In this document: positions 46,437 through 57,060 of the stretch, one piece after another
How the letters are laid out: each line of letters opens with the position of its first letter
How positions within the stretch are numbered: the first letter of the stretch is position 1
Assembly: GCA_965248355.1 (NCBI GenBank)
Contig: OZ252098.1
Location: forward strand, 2,368,001-2,432,000
DNA length: 64,000 nucleotides
Direction of reading: 5' to 3'
Source: Candidatus Latescibacterota bacterium
GTDB lineage: Bacteria > Latescibacterota > UBA2968 > UBA8231
Made by a program: the position numbers and the translations under genes
The notes under the pieces: generated by a model
The model's database searches: none
Seen by the model: only the letters and a program-made list of their open reading frames with translations
Told to the model about the DNA's origin: nothing

Positions 46437-47916
46437 CCTTCGTGCCCGTCGAAGGGCAGCAACATCTGCACCTCGGGGCGGTCGATTACCCTGCGGGCTC
46501 CGGGGAACCCGTCCTGGGCCTGCTTTTGCTCCGGCAGCACCTGATTCAGGTAGGACAGCAGCTTTCCGAGCGGGGCCTCGATCGCATCTGCTTCCCCGGC
46601 TCTCCATGTGTCGGGAAGACAGGAGCAAGAGAGTCTGTCGAACCGTTCTCCTCCGTCCTTGACCGTCTCCCTCGACTCGGCCACCAGAAGGCTGTCTTCG
46701 GGAACCTGGGACACGACGGCTGGTGAATGGGTGTTGACGATCACCTGCCGCAGCGGGTTGTCGTCGCCCACCGGCTCATCCGTGTCCGTGGCGATGTCCT
46801 TGAGAAGGGACAACATCGCCGGAATCCGCTCGGGATGGATCCCGTTCTCCGGCTCCTCCAGGCAGAGGAGCCCCCGGCATTGCGGATCCAGTTCCAGCAC
46901 CGACAGGGCCAGGAAGCGCAAGGTGCCGTCCGAGAGGGCCCGGGCCGGATGCTCGGTCCCGTCCCGCATCCGCACGTTGACCGTGAGGAGTTCCCGCCGC
47001 TCGTCCCGGTCGACGCGCAGTTCGGCGACCTCCTCGACCAACTCCAGCCGGCTGGCGATCTGGCCGTGGACTCTGGATTCCCAATCCTCCCGGCCGTTCC
47101 CCCCTTCCCGCCTGTCGCCACGGCCGAGCCGGTCGAGCGTCCTGGCTAGGACCCGTCGGCCCCCAGCTCGTCGGGGTCGTTGAAGGAGTCGGGCTTCCTC
47201 ATCGCCGAAGGCTCGAGCTGCAGCAGCCGCCAGGACTCCATCTCCCGACGAGCGACAAGCGCCGTGGGACTCTCAGCGGTAGTCGACGACAGTACGGTTC
47301 TCGGCAGAGTGGCGGCCGGGAATGGGACCTGCCTGCCCCGGCTGCCTCCGTCCTGGTGCAGGCGGATGACCCGCTGTCCTTCACCATACGGGGTGGAGAT
47401 GAAAGGTGGTTGCCGCCGGCCATGCAGCACGCTGTCCCTCCACCTCGACTTGCTGTGGGGGAAGGACAAGTGCTTCGGGGCGGTCCCCGTGGGGATGTGC
47501 GTGAGCTCCTCATGGCGGATCTCCAGTCCCGGGCCCCCGGTTCCACCGACATCTCCTCGGAGACCCAACACCAGCCGATAGCGCACGAAGGTCATGGTCG
47601 CCTTGGCCCTCTGACCCAGGTCGTCCCATTCCTCTTTGGGCAGCAGCATCTCCGCTTCCAAGGACATCTCGCCGGCGTAACGCTCGGCAGTACGATGGAA
47701 GAGACTGCGCACATCGGTCGACCTGGCGTCCTCGTCCCGTACTGACAAAGCGGCCTCGGCCAAGGTCATCGTCGAGAGGTTGCTGAGGAACCGGATCGCG
47801 TCGAAGAGGTTGGACTTGCCAACGCCATTGGGACCTGCCACACATGTGAAGGGCCCGAAGCGGACGTCCAGGTCCACCAGGTTCTTGAATCCCGAAACTC
47901 TGAGTCTCGTCAGCAT
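46433..47916 (-). pseudogene. AAA_21/ABC-type ATPase with a frameshift at ~47146
   Basis: LTRLRVSGFKNL, GPNGVGKSN; signature LSDGTLR, LEEPENGIHP, NTHSP in the downstream frame. Confidence 0.85.
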
Positions 47917-48027
47917 GTCAGCGCTCCCCGCTCTCGCCGAATCTAGCCGCCCCCTCTCTCCCCGGCAAAGCACCATCGCCGCCGCCGGATTGCCGGCCTT
48001 CCGCGCCCGCCGTTACCTTCCGCCCCC

Positions 48028-49842
48028 ATGACCAACCTCCGCCAGTTCCTGGACCTGCTGCGGCGCGAGAAGGAGATCGTCGATGTCGAGGCGCCGGTCT
48101 CCGCCGATCTCGAGATCGCCGAGATCCACCGCCGGGTCATCGCCGCCGGCGGGCCGGCGCTGATGTTCCGCAACGTCGAGGGCGCCGACTTCCCCTGCGT
48201 GACCAACCTCTTCGGCACGCCCCGCCGCGTGGAGCTGGCTTTCGGCCCGCGCCCGGGTCGGTTCCTGCGGGAGCTGGTCAGCCTCGCCCAGGACCTGCCC
48301 GACCTCTCGCCGGGAAAGCTGTGGTCGCGGCGCGGGCTGGCCCGCGAGGCCCTGCGGGTGGGCATGAAGTCGGTGCGCTCCGCCCCGGTCACCGAGTGCC
48401 GCCAGCGGTCGCCCGACCTCACGCGGCTGCCCCTGCTCAAGACCTGGCCCGAGGACGGCGGCCACTTCGTCACCCTCCCCCTGGTCTACACCGAGCACCC
48501 GGGGACCGGCCACCACAACCTCGGCATGTACCGCATGCAGCGGTACGACGAGCGCACCCTCGGCGTGCACTGGCAGATCCAGAAGGGGGGCGGCTTCCAC
48601 TACCACGCGGCCGAGCGGGAGGGCCGGCCCCTGCCCCTCACCCTGCTCGTGGGCGGCCCCCCGGCGCTGATCCTGGCGGCGATCGGTCCGCTGCCCGAGA
48701 ACGTGCCCGAGCTGGTGCTGGCCTCGCTGCTGCAGGGCGGCAAGGTGCGCCGCGCCCGCGTCGACGGGCACCCGCATCCCCTCCTGGCCGAGGCCGAGTT
48801 CGCCGTGCAGGGGCACGTCCCGCCCCGGGAGCGCCGGCCGGAGGGCCCCTTCGGCGACCACTTCGGCTACTACTCCCTGCGCCACGACTACCCCTTCCTG
48901 CAGGTGGAGCGCCTCTTCCACCGCCGCGACGCCGTCTTCCCCGCAACGGTGGTGGGCAAGCCGCCCCAGGAGGACCTCTGGCTCGGCAACTACATCCAGG
49001 GGCTGATGGCGCCGCTCACCCGTCTCGTCATGCCCTCCATCCGGTCCGTCTGGAGCTACGGCGAGACCGGCTACCACTGCCTGACCTCGATCGTCGTGGA
49101 GGAGCGCTACAAGCGCGAGGCCATGAAGTTCGCCTTCCGCATCCTCGGCGAGGACGGCGGCCAGCTGGCGCTGACCAAGTTCCTCGTCGTCTACGACGGC
49201 CCGGGCGCCGACCAGACCGACTTCCGGCAGGTCCTGGCCCACGTGCTGGCCCGCTGCCGTTTCGAGACCGACCTCTTCGTCATCGCCAACCTCGCCATGG
49301 ACACCCTCGACTACTCCGGTCCGGCGGTGAACGAGGGCAGCAAGGGGATCCTGCTCGGCATCGGCGATCCGGTGCGCGAGCTGCCGGGCGAGTTCACCGG
49401 CGAGCTGCCCGCCGGCGCCCGCCAGGCGGCCGTCTACTGTCCCGGCGCCCTCGCCGTGGCCGGCCCCTCCTACGCCGAGGACCGGGACTACCCCCAGCGC
49501 CTGGCGCGGGACCCGCGCTCCGCCCCGTGGCCGCTGATCTTCCTCGTGGAGGACACGGCCGTGGTCGAGCGCAACGTCGCCTTCCTGTGGAGCGCCTTCA
49601 CCCGCTTCGAGCCGGCCGCCGACGTCCACGCCGCCGGGTCGCGGATCCACCGCCATCACGAGATCCTCACCCCGCCGGTCGTCTTCGACTGCCGGCTCAA
49701 GCCCGGTTTCCCGGAGGAGTTGTTCCCCGACGAGGAGACGCTGCGAAAGGTGTCGCGCCGCTGGGGGGAGTACTTCCCCGACGGCAACGTCGAGGGCGAG
49801 GAGGACCGGCTCGGGTACGGCGGCTTCACGCGGATGGGGTGA
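48028..49842 (+). CDS. UbiD-family prFMN-dependent decarboxylase (long form)
   Basis: NLFGT, WPEDGG.F.TLP, NLGMYRMQ, EGPFGDHFGYY, GKPPQED, DTLDYSG; leaderless TTGCCG-18-TACCTT-8-ATG. Confidence 0.9.
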   Translation: MTNLRQFLDLLRREKEIVDVEAPVSADLEIAEIHRRVIAAGGPALMFRNVEGADFPCVTNLFGTPRRVELAFGPRPGRFLRELVSLAQDLPDLSPGKLWSRRGLAREALRVGMKSVRSAPVTECRQRSPDLTRLPLLKTWPEDGGHFVTLPLVYTEHPGTGHHNLGMYRMQRYDERTLGVHWQIQKGGGFHYHAAEREGRPLPLTLLVGGPPALILAAIGPLPENVPELVLASLLQGGKVRRARVDGHPHPLLAEAEFAVQGHVPPRERRPEGPFGDHFGYYSLRHDYPFLQVERLFHRRDAVFPATVVGKPPQEDLWLGNYIQGLMAPLTRLVMPSIRSVWSYGETGYHCLTSIVVEERYKREAMKFAFRILGEDGGQLALTKFLVVYDGPGADQTDFRQVLAHVLARCRFETDLFVIANLAMDTLDYSGPAVNEGSKGILLGIGDPVRELPGEFTGELPAGARQAAVYCPGALAVAGPSYAEDRDYPQRLARDPRSAPWPLIFLVEDTAVVERNVAFLWSAFTRFEPAADVHAAGSRIHRHHEILTPPVVFDCRLKPGFPEELFPDEETLRKVSRRWGEYFPDGNVEGEEDRLGYGGFTRMG

Positions 49843-49930
49843 GGAGATGGGTAGAGCGGGATGCGATTGCATCAATGAAATTGTCTAGAATGTGGCATCC
49901 ATTGAGGCTGGCTTTGGAGAAGGAGGTATC

Positions 49931-50935
49931 GTGACCGCACCCTGCCTGAACGTCGCCGTCATCGGCTGCGGCAGCCACGCCCAGGGGCACTTCCGCATGA
50001 TCGCCGCCGAGCCGCGCCTGCGGCTGGCCGGGGTCTGCGACCTCGACCCGGAGAGGCTCGCCCGGGCGGTGGAGGAGCACGGGCCGGTGCCGGGCTTCCA
50101 GGACTACCGCCGGCTGCTCGACGAGGTGGAGCTGGACGTGGTCCACGTGGTCACCATGCCCGGACACCTGTTGCCCATCGTCCTGGAGGTGCTCGACCGC
50201 GGCCTGCACGTGTCGGTGGAGAAGTCGCCCGGCATGACCTCGGAGGAGACGCGGCGCATGGCCGAGGCGGAGGCCGCCTCGAAGGGCCGGGCCATCGTCT
50301 CCCTGAACCGCCGTTACTACCCCGAGGTGCTGGCCGTGCGCCGTCTGGTGCAGGAGCGGGGCGCCGCCGTGCACGTGGCGGCCACCTACAACAAGCCCCT
50401 GATCCGCATCGGCACGCCGGACGTGCCGGGGAGCCCGGACCCGCTGATCTGCGACGCCATCCACCACGTCGACCTGATCCGCTGGCTCGCCGGCGAGGGG
50501 ATGACGGCGGCCCGGCCGGTCGAGGTCCACGGGGAGGTCGCCGACGGCGGGCGCACTACCGACCACCGCCACAACGCCGTGGTCCGCTTCGATTCCGGCG
50601 CCATCGGCGTGCTCATGAGCCACTACGGCGTCGGCTTCCGCATCCAGCGCGCCGAGGTCCACGCCGACGACCTGTCCGCCTACCTCGAGCTGACACGGGG
50701 GCGCCAGGTGGAGCTTTACACGGCCGCCGACACCGGCGACGGCACGACCCGGGGCGGGCGGGTCAGCGACGATCTCGACCTGGAGCCGGTGGGCGGTCCC
50801 GACTTTGACGAGGTGCGCCACTTCACCGACTGCATCCTCGAGGACCGCCAGCCCTGGTCCACCCTGGAGGACGCGGTGCGCACCATGCGCCTGTGCGAGG
50901 CGATCCGCGCCGGGCACCGGGGACCGCTGGCATGA
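49931..50935 (+). CDS. Gfo/Idh/MocA family oxidoreductase
   Basis: VAVIGCG, VEKSP, NRRY, DAIHHVD; AGGAGG RBS with GTG start. Confidence 0.88.
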   Translation: MTAPCLNVAVIGCGSHAQGHFRMIAAEPRLRLAGVCDLDPERLARAVEEHGPVPGFQDYRRLLDEVELDVVHVVTMPGHLLPIVLEVLDRGLHVSVEKSPGMTSEETRRMAEAEAASKGRAIVSLNRRYYPEVLAVRRLVQERGAAVHVAATYNKPLIRIGTPDVPGSPDPLICDAIHHVDLIRWLAGEGMTAARPVEVHGEVADGGRTTDHRHNAVVRFDSGAIGVLMSHYGVGFRIQRAEVHADDLSAYLELTRGRQVELYTAADTGDGTTRGGRVSDDLDLEPVGGPDFDEVRHFTDCILEDRQPWSTLEDAVRTMRLCEAIRAGHRGPLA

Positions 50936-51768
50936 AGCTGTCCCTGTCGACACGGGTGGCCGAGAGCTTCTCCGACAAGCGGCAGGCCGCCATGCCCCTG
51001 GAGCAGCTGGCCGAACTCGCCGCCCACGAGGGCTACCAGGCGATCTGCATGCGCGCCTCCCAGGTCGGGGTCGATTCCTCCCGGGAGGAGGTGGAGGCGG
51101 CACGGGAGCTGCTGGCCGCCCGCGGTCTCGGCGTCTCCATGGTCACCGGCGACTTCCCCATCCCCGAGAACTCCGACGAGGGCCCCGGATCCCTGCGCAA
51201 CATCACCCCCTACCTGGACCTGGCCGACGGCCTCGACTGCGACCTGTTGCGGGTCTGCATGAAGACGGCCGACGACGTCGAGTGGGCGCGCCGGGCCGCC
51301 GACGAGGCCCGCGAGCGCGGCCTGCGGCTCGCCCAGCAGTGCCACACTCGCTCTCTCTTCGAGACCGTCGACGAGTCGGTGCAGGTGCTGCGCAGTGTGG
51401 ACCGGCCCAACTTCGGCGTCACCTACGAGCCGGCGAACCTCGAGCTGTGCGGCCAGGACTACGGCGCGGCAACCCTTCAGGCCCTGGCGCCCTGGATCTT
51501 CAACATCTACGTGCAGAACCAGCGCCTCCACGCCGGCGGCGCCGACCGCATCGAGACCTGGTGCCGCGGCCCCGTCCCCTTCGACCAGATCCCCCTGTGG
51601 GAGGAGGGCGGCATCGACTTCCCCCTGATCTTCGGCCAGCTCTCGGCCCTCGGCTACGATGGCTGGGTCACCGTCCACCAGGCCTCGGCCGGCCTCGGCG
51701 GCGCCGGGGAGGCCGCCCGCCGCAGCGCCGCCTACCTGCGCGGCATCGGCTCCTTCGACGAGGGCTGA
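50932..51768 (+). CDS. Sugar phosphate isomerase/epimerase (xylose-isomerase-like TIM barrel)
   Basis: NFGVTYEPAN, GGIDFP...GYDGWVTV; ATGA coupling. Confidence 0.75.
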   Translation: MKLSLSTRVAESFSDKRQAAMPLEQLAELAAHEGYQAICMRASQVGVDSSREEVEAARELLAARGLGVSMVTGDFPIPENSDEGPGSLRNITPYLDLADGLDCDLLRVCMKTADDVEWARRAADEARERGLRLAQQCHTRSLFETVDESVQVLRSVDRPNFGVTYEPANLELCGQDYGAATLQALAPWIFNIYVQNQRLHAGGADRIETWCRGPVPFDQIPLWEEGGIDFPLIFGQLSALGYDGWVTVHQASAGLGGAGEAARRSAAYLRGIGSFDEG

Positions 51769-51772
51769 CCCC

Positions 51773-53200
51773 TTGGACGACCGGCTTCCCTTCGCGCCGC
51801 TCCACGAGCAGGCCTCCCTCATCTCCCGCGGCGAGTTGCGGGCCGTGGAGCTCGCCGAGCTCTACCTGGGGCGCATCGAGCGCTACGACGGAGCCCTGAA
51901 CGCCTACACCCTGGTCACCCCCGAGCGCGCCCTGGCCATGGCCCGCGCCGCCGACGAGTGGACGGACGCCGGCGTGAGCCGCGGACCCCTGCACGGCCTG
52001 CCGCTGGCCCTCAAGGACCTGATCGACGTCGCCGGGCTGCCCACGGCGGCCGGCTCCCTCATCCTGCGGGACAACGTGGCCTCCCGCGACGCCACGGTGG
52101 CGCGGCGCCTCTTCCAGGCTGGCGCCGTCCTCCTCGGCAAAACCCACACCGTGGAGTTCGCCTTCGGGGGAGCCGGCATCAACCACCACTACGGCACCCC
52201 CTGGAACCCCTGGGACACGGAGGTGCAGCGGCTGCCCGGCGGCTCCAGCAGCGGCTCCGCCGTGGCCGCCGCCGCGGGGCTGGCCGCCGCCGCCATCGGC
52301 AGCGACACGGGCGGCTCGGTGCGCATCCCGGCCTCGTTCTGCGGGCTTGTCGGACTCAAGCCGACCTTCGGCCGCATCAGCAGCGCCGGCGTGCTGCCCC
52401 TGGACCCGCGTCTCGACTCGGTGGGCCCCATGGCCCGGTGCGTGGCCGATGTCGGTTTGCTCTACAGCCTGCTCGCCGGACCCGACCCCGCAGACCCCGA
52501 CACCCTAAGGCAGCCCCCGCTCACCGACGACGACTTCGAGGGCGAGGCCGGCGGCACCCGCCTGTGCATTCCGAGGGAGTACTTCTGGGAGGACGTCGAT
52601 CCCGAGGTCGAGGGCGCCGTGCGGGCTTCGGCGCAGGTCTTCGCCGACCTCGGCGTCCACGTGGACGAAATCTCCATGGAGGAGCTGGACCAGCTCACGG
52701 AGCTGCGGGCCCGCAAGAGCCTGATCGCCGTGCAGACCTACGCCAGCTACCGCGAGTGGCTCGAGCAGCGCCCCGACGACTTCGACCCCATCGTCTACGA
52801 GCGCATGCTCGACGGCCGCGATGTCAGCGCCCACGAGTACGTGGAGATCAGCCGCGCCTGGGAGGCGCTACGCCGCCGCACCGCAGTAGCCATGCGCAAC
52901 GTCGACGCCCTGCTGGCGCCGGCCACCCCCTTCGCGGCGCCGCCGCTGCAGGAGTGCGACGACCGGGGCGAGGCCTACCGGCGCGTCAACGCCCTCTGCC
53001 TGCGCAACACCGCCGCCGCCAACCAGCTCGGCCTGTGCTCGATCTCCCTGCCCTGCGGCTTCACCCGCGGCGGCCTGCCCGTGGGACTCATGCTGATGGG
53101 CCGGCCCTTCGAGGAGGCCGCGCTCCTGCGCCTGGCCCGGGCCTACGAATCGGCCGCCGCCTGGAGCGGCCGCCACCCGGATCTGGCCGGCTTCGAGTGA
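51773..53200 (+). CDS. Amidase signature family protein
   Basis: LKDLID, GKTHTVEFA, PGGSSSGSA, GSDTGGSVRIPAS. Confidence 0.92.
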   Translation: MDDRLPFAPLHEQASLISRGELRAVELAELYLGRIERYDGALNAYTLVTPERALAMARAADEWTDAGVSRGPLHGLPLALKDLIDVAGLPTAAGSLILRDNVASRDATVARRLFQAGAVLLGKTHTVEFAFGGAGINHHYGTPWNPWDTEVQRLPGGSSSGSAVAAAAGLAAAAIGSDTGGSVRIPASFCGLVGLKPTFGRISSAGVLPLDPRLDSVGPMARCVADVGLLYSLLAGPDPADPDTLRQPPLTDDDFEGEAGGTRLCIPREYFWEDVDPEVEGAVRASAQVFADLGVHVDEISMEELDQLTELRARKSLIAVQTYASYREWLEQRPDDFDPIVYERMLDGRDVSAHEYVEISRAWEALRRRTAVAMRNVDALLAPATPFAAPPLQECDDRGEAYRRVNALCLRNTAAANQLGLCSISLPCGFTRGGLPVGLMLMGRPFEEAALLRLARAYESAAAWSGRHPDLAGFE

Positions 53201-53266
53201 GCCGCCGCCGTGTTGCGAAGGTTTGGGGGCGCCCGTAGTTTCGAGCGCCTCCGCAGTACCCGCGTC

Positions 53267-53341
53267 GCTCCCATCGTCTAACGGTCAGGACTCCAGATTT
53301 TCAATCTGGCAACCGGGGTTCAACTCCCCGTGGGAGCACCA
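53267..53341 (+). tRNA. tRNA-Glu (UUC)
   Basis: Acceptor stem GCTCCCA/TGGGAGC, anticodon arm CCAGA-TTTTCAA-TCTGG, T arm CGGGG-TTCAACT-CCCCG, encoded CCA; 75 nt. Confidence 0.97.
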
Positions 53342-53775
53342 TATCTTCTTCTTGGTTGCTTCCTCGCGCCATAGCCACCAGGTAAGTCCATAGTCAGCCA
53401 AGTGGTGCATCCGAGGATCGATCTCAGGCTTGTCTGCCCCCCGGATCGCTCGAAGCGCCCAAGACCCCGCGGAACCCAAAGCCGGCAGGCTTGCTCCTGC
53501 CCATTTGCGCACCTGCCTTCGTTCCACCACCATTGATTCGATTTGGCAGCTGAGGGGAAGGAGGGCAGGCTAGTCTCAAGGCGGCCGGCCCTCTCAAATT
53601 CACTTGGCGGAGATGGCAAATGCAGGTTTACTCACAATGGCACAAAGCTCCACCGAATCCCCTCCTCTCCAGGAGCAAATGGGGATCTCCCTTTCTTTCT
53701 CGGAGACAATGTGATCATCTTCGGCATCTATGCGATGCACCGCAGTCCAGCGGAGACATTGAGCGATGGTGAGTG

Positions 53776-54951
53776 ATGACGAGTCGACGCGCTCAAATAA
53801 CCCTTCAGCCTAGAGTCCTGAGATGGGCACGGGAGCGAGCCGGATTAGACCGGGGCGAACTCGCTGATCGGCTTGGGGTTGGGCCCCAGGTCGTCTCTGA
53901 GTGGGAGAGTTCGGGCAAAATCACCTTGGCTAGGGCCGACGCCCTAGCGAGGCGCACCTATACACCTGTCGGCCATCTCTACTTGGCCGAACCTCCGGAC
54001 GATAGTCTGCCAATCAAGGACTTTCGTGCCCGAGGGGGTACTATGCCCAGCCGCCCAAGTCCCAATCTTCTGGAAACGGTGTTCCAAATGCAGCAGCGGC
54101 AGTTGTGGATGAGAGAGGAGCTGATCTACCAGGAAGCTGCACTTCTGCGATTCGTTGGGGCATTCACCTTGGACTCTGAGCTGAAGCAGGTTGCTGCTGC
54201 CATGAGCGACGCCCTACGCCTCAAGAGCGGGTGGGCGGCAGCTGAAGGAAGTTGGACCAATGCCCTGGGAACGTTGCGAGATTGCATTGAATCCGCTGGC
54301 GCCCTGGTCGTTTTCAATGGAGTTGTGGGTAACGACACTCACCGCAAACTAGATCCTGATGAATTCCAGGGATTTGCCCTAGTAGATGAATACGCTCCAC
54401 TTGTTTTCGTAAACAACGCAGACTACAAGACGGCCCAGATATTCACCCTGGCCCATGAACTCGCTCACGTCTTCGTTAATCAGCCTGGCTTGTCCAAATT
54501 TGAAGACTTGCACTGGACGGGCGATCGGACCGAGGAAGCCTGCAACCACATGGCAGCTGAGTTCTTGGTGCCAGAGAGCGAACTCACCCAACGATGGCAC
54601 TCCGCCAGGAAGGCAGCTGATCCTTACCGGGACTTGGCACGGCACTTCAAAGTAAGCACGGTAGTAGCTGCCCGCCGCGCTCTTGATTGCCAGTTGATAC
54701 CCCGAAGCGTTTTCTTCGAATACTACGAAGAAAACAAGGCAAGGGACGCGAGTAAGACTCCACAAGACGAGCCCCGGCGCGGCGGTGACTTCTGGAAGAA
54801 CCAACACTGGCGATTGGGCGCTCGTCTTGGGGCCGCAGTGAGTCGTGCAGTTAAGGAAGGTCGGTTGTCATACCGCGAGGCATATAACCTTACGGGACTC
54901 AAAGGAGATACCTTTGCCAGGATGCCGGAGGAAATGGGGTTTGTATTGTGA
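53776..54951 (+). CDS. XRE HTH + ImmA/IrrE Zn-metallopeptidase
   Basis: LRWARERAG HTH; EFQGFAL; FTLAHELAH (HExxH); EEACN..AAEFL; lower GC. Confidence 0.9.
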   Translation: MTSRRAQITLQPRVLRWARERAGLDRGELADRLGVGPQVVSEWESSGKITLARADALARRTYTPVGHLYLAEPPDDSLPIKDFRARGGTMPSRPSPNLLETVFQMQQRQLWMREELIYQEAALLRFVGAFTLDSELKQVAAAMSDALRLKSGWAAAEGSWTNALGTLRDCIESAGALVVFNGVVGNDTHRKLDPDEFQGFALVDEYAPLVFVNNADYKTAQIFTLAHELAHVFVNQPGLSKFEDLHWTGDRTEEACNHMAAEFLVPESELTQRWHSARKAADPYRDLARHFKVSTVVAARRALDCQLIPRSVFFEYYEENKARDASKTPQDEPRRGGDFWKNQHWRLGARLGAAVSRAVKEGRLSYREAYNLTGLKGDTFARMPEEMGFVL

Positions 54952-55481
54952 CGGACTCTCCGGCCCGCAGAAGCCCAACGGGGTTGTATGTACTAGACGC
55001 CAATGTACTCATGACTGCTTGGCACGATCATTACCCAATAGACCTGTATCCAGGATTCTGGGATTGCCTTGAACGCTATTGGCGCAAAGGAAGGTTGCGA
55101 AGCATTGATCGAATACGAAGTGAAATAGCCAGTCCCGATGAATTGGTCAAATGGCTAAATGAGAATTGGTCCGGCTCGTTCGCTTTCTCCGGTGAACAGG
55201 AGGTTGTGGAAGTCTACTCAGACATGCAGAATTGGGTCCAAGGCAGTGCCCGCTTCCTTGCTGTAGGGAAGCATGAGTTTGCAGGTAACGCGGACGGATG
55301 GCTGGCGGCGTACGCAAGAGTTCACGGCGCCATCCTAGTCACAAACGAAGTCTTCGACCCAAACGTAAGGAGGCGAGTGCCTCTCCCAAATCTATGCCGA
55401 GAGTTTGACATTACCTGTCGCAACACGGTCGAAATGCTACGGGGGCTTGGCGTTAGGTTCGATCTGAGGCAGACCGTTTGA
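54948..55481 (+). CDS. DUF4411 PIN-like protein
   Basis: YVLDANVL...YP....PGFW...ADGWLAAYA...LVTNE...LPNLC; GTGA coupling. Confidence 0.85.
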   Translation: MTDSPARRSPTGLYVLDANVLMTAWHDHYPIDLYPGFWDCLERYWRKGRLRSIDRIRSEIASPDELVKWLNENWSGSFAFSGEQEVVEVYSDMQNWVQGSARFLAVGKHEFAGNADGWLAAYARVHGAILVTNEVFDPNVRRRVPLPNLCREFDITCRNTVEMLRGLGVRFDLRQTV

Positions 55482-55578
55482 AGTAGAGGAACTCGTAGAG
55501 CCCGGCTAGCGGATCCGTCGGGAGCAGCGAGGCTCCAGCCTCTCTTTGACCCTCCGCCCCCACACCTCCTGTCCCGCC

Positions 55579-57060
55579 ATGACCTGGCCCCCCCCGCCTC
55601 ATCCACAACACCGACGGTCACTGGATCATCAACTACCAGGACCGCCGCGACCCCCGTGACATCGTCCGGCTGATACCCATCCTCGCCGACGCCGGGGTGG
55701 ACGCCCTCTCCGTGCTGGCCGGCATCGACGACGACATCTCCTGGCGGGGCAGCCCGCACGCGCAGGTCTTCGGCGACCACATCACCGAGTGGCAGCCGGA
55801 CCCGGTCCTGCGAGACATCCACGGCCATCCGCTGAAGCAGGATCAGACGCCCCACATCCACGGGCGGCCCATCAAGGAGGTCGGGGGACGCCAGCCGGCC
55901 GATGCCCACGAGTTCCTGCACCTGCTCCTCGACCAGGTGATCGCCGACGGCCACGAGCTGATGCAGATCTACATCGACGGCGCCCGGCGCAGCGGCCTGC
56001 AGGTCTTCGCCGGCTTCCGCATGAACGACGCCCACGCCTGCGACGAGGCCCGGGGCTGGTACGGACGCTCGCGGCAGAAGCAGGACCGCCGCCACCTGCT
56101 CCTCGGCACGCCGGTGCCCTTCGGCTGTCACCACGGCGCCGACTGGTCCTTCTCGTGGGTGTGGAACTACGCCGAGGAGGAGGTGAGGGACCGCTTCCTC
56201 GGGCTCTTCGACGAGACCCTGGAACGCTACGACTTCGACGGCCTGGAGCTGGACTTCAGCCGGGCGCCGCCCTTTTTCCGCAGCGGCGAGAAGTTCGCCA
56301 ACATCCCGGTCATGACCCGCTTCATGGAGCAGGCCCGGCAGGTCGTGGCCCGCCGCGGCGCGAAGGCGGGGCGAGAGCTGCGCGGCGTGGCGGTCTACAC
56401 CGGCTCGACACCAAGACCTACACGGTCTCACCCCAGGAGGGCTGCGAGGAGAGTCCCGCCAGCGTGCTGCGAGCCACGGCCCTCAACGGCTACCGGGACG
56501 GCGCAGCCGGCGTCCACCTCTTCAACTTCGACTACCCCTCCCACCGCGCCGCGCCGGCCGCCAGCGGCGACTTCAACGACTTCGACGACTACCACCTGCG
56601 CATGGTGGCCGAGCTGCGCGATCCGGCGGTCCTGGAGCGGCGCAACCGCTGCTACTACCTGCCCGCTGCCGCCGGCCCCGACCACCGGTCGCAACTGCCG
56701 CGCAAGCTGGCCCTCGCCGGCCGCGGAGCCGGACCGGAGCACGCCCTGCGAATCCGCGTCGACGACGACATCGAGGCGGGGCTCGCCGAGGGACGGATCG
56801 CCCGATGCGAGTTGCGTATGTGTCTTGAGGACTGCGAGGGGTCGGAGGGCCGCCTCCAGCTAACCGTCAACGGCCAGCGGCTGGACCCGTCGCCCGATGG
56901 AGTCGTGGAGAACCGCCGCGGCCGGCGCTGGATGGTCTTCGACGAGCCGCCCCTGCGTCAGGGGATCAACACCGTGCTCGTCATTCTCGACGGCAGCCGG
57001 ACGCCCTCCCCGTGGCCCCGCCTGGAGAGCTGCGAGATCGTGCTGCTGGCCCCGGACTGA
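55579..57060 (+). pseudogene. GHL10-like TIM-barrel paralogue of 38367-39947 with multiple lesions
   Basis: A C8 run breaks the frame after codon 5 (C7 gives RLIHNTDG); FRMNDAH, WNYAEEEVR, FDGLELDF; about 55 aa missing before GVAVYTG and a one-base deletion at GGC-TC-GAC. Confidence 0.75.

Noticed and set aside
49860..49915. AT-rich patch with the GATGC-gatt-GCATC palindrome before the Gfo/Idh/MocA gene
   Set aside because: Plausible operator, but short, with no convincing -35/-10 spacing and no regulator nearby.
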